64,000 nt of DNA from a candidate division FCPU426 bacterium. Its GTDB lineage: Bacteria; Oederibacteriota; PGYV01; Palsa-1178. Position 1 is the stretch's first letter. Each line of letters opens with the position of its first letter. This document shows, piece by piece, positions 18,035 to 25,325 of the stretch. The position numbers and the translations under genes were made by a program. Location of the stretch: positions 1,472,001 to 1,536,000 of the forward strand of contig CAWIXE010000002.1 in NCBI GenBank assembly GCA_963840035.1, given 5' to 3'. Below the pieces are notes generated by a model that saw only the letters and a list, made by a program, of their open reading frames with translations, did not search any database and had not been told where the DNA came from.

Positions 18035-19147
18035 ATGTCTCAGAACAAAAGATTTTCAGTAATCTACACCTTCACAGGCACTGAAAAAGAAGCCCTTGAA
18101 AAGGCTAAATCTATTTGCGTGGAACAGACAATCGAGTTCCCCCTGGAACTTGTTAGGGACAAATATATCCGTGAAAACATAGTGGGTCAGATCAAATCCT
18201 TCAAAAAATCCGGCAAAAAATTCTCAGCCGAGATCTCATACCTTGACGCCACAGCCGGCCGTGAATTCACCCAGTTCTTAAACGTTGTTTTCGGCAACAC
18301 CTCGATTAAACCCGGCATTAAAGTTGAAAAACTGATGCCCTCAAAGGAAATTCTCGCCATTGTAAAAGGCCCGCGCTTCGGCATAGGCGGCATAAGAAAA
18401 CTCACCGGTGTTTACGGCCGGCCCCTTCTATGCTCCGCTTTGAAGCCTATGGGATTGTCAGTAAAAGCGCTGGCTGAAATGGCGTATAAGTTCGCTCTAG
18501 GCGGCATTGATATTATCAAAGACGACCACGGCCTCGCGAACCAGCCTTTCTCCCCTTTTGAAAAAAGGATAGAAACTGTCTGCAAAGCCGTAGATAAAGC
18601 CAACAAGGAAACAGGTTATAAAACCCTGTACGCCCCGAATATTACAGCTGACCGAAATGATACAATTAAACGCGCGAAGTTCGCTAAAGCCGCAGGCGCA
18701 AAGAGCCTCATAATATCGCCCGGACTCGCGGGACTGGAAAACATGAGGCTAATAGCGGAAGACAGTTCCATAGGGCTTCCCGTCTTCTACCATCCCGCTT
18801 TTCACGGTTCATATGTTGTAAACCCCGATTCAGGCATATCCCACTATGCCTTCTTCGGCCAGTTAATGAGAATGGCCGGCGCAGACGCGGTTATCTTTCC
18901 CAACTACGGCGGCAGGTTCTCTTTTTCGCAGGATGAGTGCGCATCCATAGCGGACGGATGCCGCGGCAAATTCGGCAGCCTTAAGCCCATCCTCCCCGGA
19001 CCAGGCGGCGGCATGACCATGGACAGAATACCGGCAATAAAAAAGTTTTACGGAAATGACGTGGTATTTTTAATGGGCGGCGGGCTTTTTGCGGCAGGAA
19101 CAGATTTAGTGGATAATTGCAGGAAGTTTAAAAAATTAGTTGAATAA
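18035..19147 (+). CDS. RuBisCO-like protein (form IV, KDDH / DeepYkr-like)
   Basis: GPRFG, RPLLCSALKPMGL, GGIDIIKDDHGL, YAPNIT, PNYGGRF, PGGGM; KDDH replaces KDDE and several carboxylase residues are missing. Confidence 0.92.
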   Translation: MSQNKRFSVIYTFTGTEKEALEKAKSICVEQTIEFPLELVRDKYIRENIVGQIKSFKKSGKKFSAEISYLDATAGREFTQFLNVVFGNTSIKPGIKVEKLMPSKEILAIVKGPRFGIGGIRKLTGVYGRPLLCSALKPMGLSVKALAEMAYKFALGGIDIIKDDHGLANQPFSPFEKRIETVCKAVDKANKETGYKTLYAPNITADRNDTIKRAKFAKAAGAKSLIISPGLAGLENMRLIAEDSSIGLPVFYHPAFHGSYVVNPDSGISHYAFFGQLMRMAGADAVIFPNYGGRFSFSQDECASIADGCRGKFGSLKPILPGPGGGMTMDRIPAIKKFYGNDVVFLMGGGLFAAGTDLVDNCRKFKKLVE

Positions 19148-19162
19148 GTATCTAAGCGCATT

Positions 19163-19199
19163 ACCTGAGACGCCCCACCTGAGACGCCCCACCTGAGAC
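19163..19199. repeat. 14-bp (2x7) tandem repeat ACCTGAGACGCCCC, about 2.6 copies
   Basis: Read directly from the sequence; lies between convergent stop codons. Confidence 0.85.
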
Positions 19200-19207
19200 T
19201 ACTTCCC

Positions 19208-19375
19208 CTATTCCTTCGGCAGCCTTAACCCCAGCTTCTTCAGCCTTATATAATAATTAAAATTATCTTCCCCTGGTTTCCTTGGCGGGACTTCAATCGT
19301 TTTTGTGACGGTCTTTATTGTACTTGTAGACCTCTTTGTCATCGAATAACTTTTATTCTTTCCCATTGCATCCAT
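19208..19375 (-). CDS. Small basic hypothetical protein (start uncertain: 19375, 19366 or 19342)
   Basis: ORF ...TKTIEVPPRKPGEDNFNYYIRLKKLGLRLPKE with a purine-rich SD-like stretch upstream of 19375; no recognised family. Confidence 0.4.
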   Translation of the reverse strand: MDAMGKNKSYSMTKRSTSTIKTVTKTIEVPPRKPGEDNFNYYIRLKKLGLRLPKE

Positions 19376-19389
19376 CGCCCTTTCCGCCC

Positions 19390-19504
19390 GGAGAGGCAGC
19401 AAGCCGCCTCTCTACAGGGTCTTTTCTGACGGCCATGCTTTTGTAGGGGCAATTCACGAATTGCCCAACCCGGTGAAGGCGGGCGATTCATGAATCGCCC
19501 CTAC
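19390..19504. repeat. GTAG REP cluster including REPIN 19442-19504
   Basis: TGTAGGGGCAATTCACGAATTGCCC...GGGCGATTCATGAATCGCCCCTACA; inverted near-copy at 41177-41239. Confidence 0.85.
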
Positions 19505-19525
19505 AATACCAACAACGACAACTAA

Positions 19526-20332
19526 TTATAACCCCAGCAGTTTTTCCGCGTTCTTATGATATATCAATTCTTTTACGTTACCCTGAATAATGCCATCAAG
19601 CTTCTTCTCGATATTTGCCGCGGTTTCCCAGGGAAAATCAGTTCCAAAAAGTATCTTTTCAGGGCCATGAGCCATAATCATCCTTTTTATGGTAATGTCT
19701 TTCATCTCCACGCAATATGCCGTATCAAGGTAGATGTTCTTTCCGATTAAGTACTTAGTCACATCATCCCACATCTTATAACCGCCCATGTGCGCCATTA
19801 TAAGTGTCAGGCCTTCGATTGTCGCTACCTGCGCAAGGCGCTTTGGAGTGGCGTGTATTTCCGGGAACGCGAGGTCCGCGCCGGCGTGGAACAATATGAA
19901 TAGGTTGTGTTTTCTGCAGGCCTCATATATTTCCCAGTGCTCGGGATCGTCAGGATAAAACGCCTGATACTCAGGGTGGAGTTTTATCCCCTTTATCCCT
20001 TTGGACGCTATAAACGCCAGTTCCTCATCCACGTTTCCAATTTCATAAAAATCAGGGTGCATGGCGCCCAGGCATATTACCGAACCGTCGCCCGTTTCAT
20101 TCTGAGCTATCATTTTCCTGTTGATGGATATTACCTGTTCTTTTTTTGTGGCGGGCGGCGCGTTAACCGATACTGCCACACCGTCCCTTTTCATATATTC
20201 TTTTACAGCCGCAATCGTGCCGTCGCCGTATGATGTGACCGGTTCCATCGAGAGCGACTTTAAGTGCTCCAGTGTTTTCGGGGCAATGCTGTCGGGAAAA
20301 TAGTGCGTGTGAAAATCAATAATTTTTGTCAT
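19526..20332 (-). CDS. Amidohydrolase_2 family metal-dependent hydrolase
   Basis: IIDFHTH, KGIKLHP, FHAG, AHMGG, LFGTDFPW. Confidence 0.9.
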   Translation of the reverse strand: MTKIIDFHTHYFPDSIAPKTLEHLKSLSMEPVTSYGDGTIAAVKEYMKRDGVAVSVNAPPATKKEQVISINRKMIAQNETGDGSVICLGAMHPDFYEIGNVDEELAFIASKGIKGIKLHPEYQAFYPDDPEHWEIYEACRKHNLFILFHAGADLAFPEIHATPKRLAQVATIEGLTLIMAHMGGYKMWDDVTKYLIGKNIYLDTAYCVEMKDITIKRMIMAHGPEKILFGTDFPWETAANIEKKLDGIIQGNVKELIYHKNAEKLLGL

Positions 20333-20670
20333 TACTTTACTTCATTCTTATAGTGGATTACTCTTACTTTTTCAAGCGTTACCATTCCGCCTTTATGCAT
20401 CTTTTCTATGACCGGTATGAGATTATTCAGCTTATCCTCCGTATCGACAATTTCAACAATTAACGGCAGGTCTCCGGACATCTCCAGTACCTTTGCGGTA
20501 TGTATCCGCGATGTCTTGCCAAAACCCATTATGCCCCTGATTACAGTTGCCCCGGCCATATTAAGTTCCCTTGCCTTGAGCACTATGGCTTCATAAGCCG
20601 GTTTCCCCTCAAACTTTTCGCTCTCCCCAATGAATATCCTCAGCAGTGCCGATTCCCTCGGTAATTCCAT
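20332..20670 (-). CDS. DUF190 (PII-like) protein
   Basis: LLRIFIGE..AGATVIRGIMGFG..DLPLIVEIVD; typical neighbour of crcB. Confidence 0.9.
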   Translation of the reverse strand: MELPRESALLRIFIGESEKFEGKPAYEAIVLKARELNMAGATVIRGIMGFGKTSRIHTAKVLEMSGDLPLIVEIVDTEDKLNNLIPVIEKMHKGGMVTLEKVRVIHYKNEVK

Positions 20671-21071
20671 TACATGCCTCCCCTTAATAGTTTTGTAAGG
20701 TACTTTGCGGTAATCATCCCCGCGAACACCAGAAGTATCGAACCAATATTATTAACCAATATGTTCATCAACGCGGCATTGCTTTCACCGTTATTTAATA
20801 GATTGACGCTTTCAAGGGCATACGCGGAAAAGGTCGTGAATCCACCCATAAAACCGACAAGCAGAAAGATCCTTGTTTCAGGTTTCATGGTTGTTTCAGT
20901 GGATATTCCCCAGACAAATCCGGCCAAAAATGAACCGGCAAGATTAACCGCAAGGGTGCCGTAAGGAAAAATCGATTTAACCTGAAGCAGCTGGTTGACA
21001 TAGGTGGAAAGGCCGAAACGCGACGCTGAGCCTATCGCCCCTCCGATAAGAACAAGAATAAAATTTAACAA
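20670..21071 (-). CDS. crcB: Fluoride efflux channel Fluc/CrcB
   Basis: GGAIGSASR, FPYGTLAVN, GFMGGFTTFS; start moved to TTG 21071 after an AAGGAG SD. Confidence 0.92.
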   Translation of the reverse strand: MLNFILVLIGGAIGSASRFGLSTYVNQLLQVKSIFPYGTLAVNLAGSFLAGFVWGISTETTMKPETRIFLLVGFMGGFTTFSAYALESVNLLNNGESNAALMNILVNNIGSILLVFAGMITAKYLTKLLRGGM

Positions 21072-21084
21072 ATACGGCTCCTTT

Positions 21085-21954
21085 TTACCTGCGGACTGAC
21101 CCGAGTTTTGATTCATTATAAATACGTTTATTTTGTTCCACCTTATTCATGGTATAAAGGTGTATCCCTGAAACACCATGGTCTATGAGGTGGTTTATCT
21201 GGCCTACAGTGTATTTAACAGTTTCATCGCATACAGGGTTGTCTATACTGCAGGTCGAAGTCGCTAACCTGAACCTTTCGGGTATCTCCACCCCGCACAT
21301 GCCTGCCATGCGCTCAAGGTTCAATAACTTTGTAGCTGTCATGATACCGGGTATTAACGGTGCATTTATCCCTGCATGTAAAACCCTATCCCTGAAGCTG
21401 AAAAAGTGGTCATTATCAAGGAACAACTGCGTCGTCATGAAATCCGCCCCGGCATCCACTTTTTCCTTCAGGTGCATTAAATCGTCCGCTGCCGATCCTG
21501 CCTGCGGGTGTTTTTCAGGGTAACACGCGACGCCCACGGAGAAATCAAGCCCGCTTTTTTTAATAAAACTTACCAGGTCAGCGGCATATTTAAAATCCTT
21601 CAGCGGGTCTTTAACATCCGGCGGCAAATCGCCCCTTAAAGCCATAATATTATCAACGCCTTTTGATTTAAGCTCATGAAGTATGGACATGATCGAGTCT
21701 TTTGTGGCGCCTATGCACGTTAAGTGCGCCAGGGCAGGCACTTTAAAATGATTATTTATCTTATCGGCTATTTCCACGGTCCTTCCCCTTGTGGATCCGC
21801 CCGCGCCGAATGTAACGCTGATATAATCAGGGTTTAACTCTTTTAACTGCTCTATAGTATTAAATATGACATTGATATCGGTATCCGGTTTTGGCGGGAA
21901 TACCTCCATGGAAAAGACGAACTTTTTTGCCTTAAGTATTTCCTTGATTTTCAC
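21085..21954 (-). CDS. metF: 5,10-methylenetetrahydrofolate reductase
   Basis: SMEVFPPK, SVTFGAGGS, AHLTC, ALRGD, YPEKHP, TQLF, HLYTMN. Confidence 0.95.
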   Translation of the reverse strand: MKIKEILKAKKFVFSMEVFPPKPDTDINVIFNTIEQLKELNPDYISVTFGAGGSTRGRTVEIADKINNHFKVPALAHLTCIGATKDSIMSILHELKSKGVDNIMALRGDLPPDVKDPLKDFKYAADLVSFIKKSGLDFSVGVACYPEKHPQAGSAADDLMHLKEKVDAGADFMTTQLFLDNDHFFSFRDRVLHAGINAPLIPGIMTATKLLNLERMAGMCGVEIPERFRLATSTCSIDNPVCDETVKYTVGQINHLIDHGVSGIHLYTMNKVEQNKRIYNESKLGSVRR

Positions 21955-22054
21955 TCTTCATCTCCTGAAATATTGTTTCCATATTATTATATAAAGAACG
22001 GCATTTGACAAGGATAAACAGCAAGTTATGATTGCATCAGGGCGCCATCCGGGC

Positions 22055-22087
22055 AAAAAAATGGGCGGGCATTACGCCCGCCCATTA
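22055..22087 (-). terminator. Intrinsic terminator after the 362-aa lipoprotein gene
   Basis: AATGGGCGGGC..GCCCGCCCATT hairpin followed by a U-tract on the minus strand. Confidence 0.75.
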
Positions 22088-22102
22088 ACACACTATATTA
22101 TC

Positions 22103-23191
22103 TTAGTTCCAGGTTATGTCGTCGATATACCAGTCGCCCGTTCCCGCAGCGTCTGTAGGTACCGCAGAATTCTTATAAATCTGAATAAAAATCCTCTCCG
22201 CGTTTGCAACAGTAACTCCTGTCCATGTAGCTGTGACCCATCCGCCTGAAGCATTGGCTGTGGTAAGCGAAGTATACCCGCCTGAAGAATCAGCCCATAC
22301 AGAATCCTGGATATGTATGCCGACTTTGTATACGTCAGTATCGCCCGTATACGCCAAAACATCTGCCGGTGGCTTTATTTTGCAGGAAATTGTCGATGTG
22401 CTGAAACTAACGTGCTGTTTCAGGTCGCGCTGTATGTTTATCTGGTTATTTACAACGTTAAAAGTTGCCGCCACCTTCATGCAGCCTGTCGTGCTTCCTT
22501 CAGCTGTATTATCCCAGGAAAGTGCCGTAACAGCTCCCCCTCCATACTGCCAGTTGGCTGTCTGGTTAGTCGCAAAATTATAGGCGCCTTCCACAAAAGC
22601 CGGGCCTACCTCTATTAAATCCACGAACATATCTGACGAAGCCGTGCCTGACCAACCGCCGTCAACATACATATTCAGCCCCATTTTGGTGACTGTTGTA
22701 GGGTCTGTAATCTGAGACGCGTTCTGATGAATTTCTATCCACTGACCCGGATAGAAATTGTAATCCCATCCTTCTGCGTAAGAAGATGTATTGCTGATGG
22801 TGAACACTTTTGCCCCGCCGTAATTCGATCCGTTTGCAGGCCACGATGACGGTACATAAATCCTGGCGTAAATGGTCTTTCCCGTCATATCTTTTACTGT
22901 GTGTGTCAGGCTTACAAGGGCTGACCTTCCGGTGCTTGCGATCGTGGAATCAAACGAGGCCGCTACGTCCATGGAGTGTGTTCCGGAATACGCATGCGCT
23001 GTAGAAACCGTGAAACCGGTCGACTGATTTTCGGGTGTTCCCCATCCTTCCAGGCTTGACTCAAAATCAAAAGTCCCCCATGCCGGCGGTGTCGGTCCGG
23101 GCCCGGGATCTGTCGTTGTGCTTTTCTTGGCGCAGGAAATTACAAAAACCAGTGCTATTACAACTGCAATTACAACAACAATTTTCTTCAT
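22103..23191 (-). CDS. Surface lipoprotein with two CBM-like beta-sandwich modules
   Basis: Lipobox VISC, Pro/Thr linker, FDFE..GW module start, YIDDITW end; paralog of the C-terminal two modules of 25326-27284. Confidence 0.75.
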   Translation of the reverse strand: MKKIVVVIAVVIALVFVISCAKKSTTTDPGPGPTPPAWGTFDFESSLEGWGTPENQSTGFTVSTAHAYSGTHSMDVAASFDSTIASTGRSALVSLTHTVKDMTGKTIYARIYVPSSWPANGSNYGGAKVFTISNTSSYAEGWDYNFYPGQWIEIHQNASQITDPTTVTKMGLNMYVDGGWSGTASSDMFVDLIEVGPAFVEGAYNFATNQTANWQYGGGAVTALSWDNTAEGSTTGCMKVAATFNVVNNQINIQRDLKQHVSFSTSTISCKIKPPADVLAYTGDTDVYKVGIHIQDSVWADSSGGYTSLTTANASGGWVTATWTGVTVANAERIFIQIYKNSAVPTDAAGTGDWYIDDITWN

Positions 23192-23235
23192 CTTTTACCT
23201 CCCTGATAATTTTGTTTCCCTTATATAACATTTAA

Positions 23236-23264
23236 ATTATAAACGTAAACATTTGTAAAATCAA
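23236..23264 (-). promoter_or_regulatory. Sigma70 promoter (TTGATT-17-TATAAT) with a degenerate LacI-type operator in the spacer
   Basis: -35 at 23259-23264, -10 at 23236-23241, ACGTAAACATTTGT at 23243-23256. Confidence 0.6.
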
Positions 23265-23356
23265 GATATTTAAATAGCCCGCTTCTGAATTGTACCGTTT
23301 TTCATCAATTCAAACTGTTTGACCGTTAAAACCTGAAAGGTATAAATATGCGTGTT

Positions 23357-24187
23357 CTAAAAATATTTTTTGACCAGTTCTTTCACCCTCTTTACGCAAA
23401 CCGGGAAGAACTCCTTTTCATTCTGTGCCTTAACATTCTTGTCTTCTGTCTTTAAAAAATCCTGTCCCTCATACTCTATGGCGATGAACCCTGCGTACTT
23501 AGCCTCCGCCAGTATCTTAACGGTCTTATCCAGGTCAAAATCCGATGTTTTCTTTCCGTCTTTTGAAATGGTGTGAATCTTTAAGTGGATGTATTTCGCG
23601 TACTTCACAGTCTCTTTTATTGCCTTTAATATGTCCTTATCGTGGTAATTCCCGGTATCAAGGTTAAGCTTAAAAAACTCCGAATTTACATCATTTAAAA
23701 ACTTAACTGTCGAGGCGGAATCCGGAAGGAATCCCCCCCCGTTATGCGGTTCAAGCACCAGCGTTATGCCCTTAGTCGCGGCGTATTCTGCTGACTTTTT
23801 CATGGACGCCACAGCCTTGCCCCAGAGCGCTTCCCTTTTACCCTGCGGCGGCCATCCCGCGAATACCCTGACAACAGGCGCGCCGAGTATCTCCGCCGCG
23901 TCAACTGACTTTTTTACGTAATCCTCGTTGGACGCCTGCGCCTTATCATCCTCGTTGCCGAAATTATTCCCCGGCGACAGGCATGTTATGGTCAGGTTCC
24001 TGTCAGTCGCGTATTTCTTTACCTTCCTTAAGTGCGCGGGCTCAAGCGAAAGCAGGTGTTCGTTGATGAATTCAATACCGCCAAGCCCCGCTTCCGCGTA
24101 TACGTCCATAAGTTTGAACTCGTCCGCCAGTTTCAGGTCATATGAGTGGTGCTGGGACCAGGTAATTGCAGATAATTTAAATGCCAT
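23357..24187 (-). CDS. Sugar phosphate isomerase/epimerase (xylose-isomerase-like TIM barrel, AP_endonuc_2)
   Basis: LVLEPH, LNLDTGN, IHLK, IAIEYEG metal ligands. Confidence 0.88.
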   Translation of the reverse strand: MAFKLSAITWSQHHSYDLKLADEFKLMDVYAEAGLGGIEFINEHLLSLEPAHLRKVKKYATDRNLTITCLSPGNNFGNEDDKAQASNEDYVKKSVDAAEILGAPVVRVFAGWPPQGKREALWGKAVASMKKSAEYAATKGITLVLEPHNGGGFLPDSASTVKFLNDVNSEFFKLNLDTGNYHDKDILKAIKETVKYAKYIHLKIHTISKDGKKTSDFDLDKTVKILAEAKYAGFIAIEYEGQDFLKTEDKNVKAQNEKEFFPVCVKRVKELVKKYF

Positions 24188-24199
24188 GTCACACTCTCC

Positions 24200-25231
24200 T
24201 TATACTGTCAATTTAACAGGTTTGCCGGTCTTGGCTGCCTGTCTTGTAGCTATTATTACAGCCGCGGATTTCATGCCTTCCGTCCCGTCAATGATGCATT
24301 TTTTTCCGTTCAATACGCAATCCACAAAATGCGGCACCGGTCCCGCGAGCCTGCTTTTTTCCGGCACAGTGTAATCCACCTCTTTAACAGTGCTGTACGG
24401 ATTTTTCGGGTCTACGGTCCAAACGCGCACCCTCTTCGGGTCATAGTTGGACTGGTTCACTATCGCCTTGCCCTTTGTGCCGTATAACTGCACTACAACC
24501 TCATAAGGGCTGTTAGTCCATGATGCTTCATATACTCCGAGGGTGCCGTCAGTGAATTTCACTGCCGCCTCTATGTTATCCTCAAGCTTGAATTTTTTCT
24601 TTACCAGATTCGCCATAAAGCTTGTTACGCTGTGAACTTCCTTGCCCGTTATGAACCTGATAACGTCCAGTATGTGTATGCCCACATCCGTGGCGCACCC
24701 GCCGCCGGATTTCTTTTCGTCAAAATACCACGGGGAGTCATCGGACCAGAATTCCGGCCCTGAATGCCCGAGCTTGCCGCGCACCGAGACTATGTCCCCT
24801 ATGATGCCGCTGTCAACCACGTCCTTTAGCACCTCATGCGCGGGGTCAAACCTGTGCGTCTGTTCGACCATGAGCACTACCTTATTTGCCTTGGCGGTCT
24901 TTATCATAAGCTTCATTTCTTTCACTGAAAGCCCCATGGGTTTTTCCACAAGTACATGCTTTTTGTTCTTTGCGGCGAATATCGTGACCGGCGCATGCAG
25001 GTAATTAGGAAGACATACCGAAACCGCGTCAATCCCCGCTTCCGCTATCATTTTTTTGTAGTCTGTGTAAACATTCGGGACATTGAACATTTTAGCAAGC
25101 TTCTCAGCTTTCCTTTTATTTAGGTCACAAATTGCCACAACTTCCGACCCTGAAGCGTCCTTATACCCCGGCAGATGCAGCCTCTCCGCTATTTTCCCAG
25201 CGCCGATAATGCCAATCTTTAACTTTCCCAT
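24200..25231 (-). CDS. Gfo/Idh/MocA family NAD-dependent oxidoreductase
   Basis: KIGIIGAGKIA, HVLVEKP, GGGCATDVGIH; start moved to ATG 25231 after a GGAGG SD. Confidence 0.92.
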   Translation of the reverse strand: MGKLKIGIIGAGKIAERLHLPGYKDASGSEVVAICDLNKRKAEKLAKMFNVPNVYTDYKKMIAEAGIDAVSVCLPNYLHAPVTIFAAKNKKHVLVEKPMGLSVKEMKLMIKTAKANKVVLMVEQTHRFDPAHEVLKDVVDSGIIGDIVSVRGKLGHSGPEFWSDDSPWYFDEKKSGGGCATDVGIHILDVIRFITGKEVHSVTSFMANLVKKKFKLEDNIEAAVKFTDGTLGVYEASWTNSPYEVVVQLYGTKGKAIVNQSNYDPKRVRVWTVDPKNPYSTVKEVDYTVPEKSRLAGPVPHFVDCVLNGKKCIIDGTEGMKSAAVIIATRQAAKTGKPVKLTV

Positions 25232-25254
25232 AAAGCCTCCTGTTATATAGTTGT

Positions 25255-25268
25255 ATAAAACGCTTTCG
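25255..25268. promoter_or_regulatory. Putative LacI-family operator
   Basis: ATAAAACGCTTTCG; matches CGAAAACGCTTTTT at 27331-27344. Confidence 0.55.
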
Positions 25269-25278
25269 TGATTAATTA

Positions 25279-25311
25279 AAAAAACCGGGAGAAGCATTCA
25301 CTCTCCCGGTT
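25279..25311 (-). terminator. Intrinsic terminator after the 652-aa lipoprotein gene
   Basis: AACCGGGAGA..TCTCCCGGTT hairpin with a U-tract on the minus strand. Confidence 0.75.
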
Positions 25312-25325
25312 AAATATTTAACCTA

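Noticed and set aside
18035..19147. RuBisCO implying CO2 fixation (Calvin cycle with transketolase and fba)
   Set aside because: The KDDH motif and missing K177/R295/K334-equivalent residues mark a form IV RLP; no prk or small subunit is present.
19163..19504. Possible CRISPR array
   Set aside because: The repeats are tandem without spacers or are REP hairpins; no cas genes are present.
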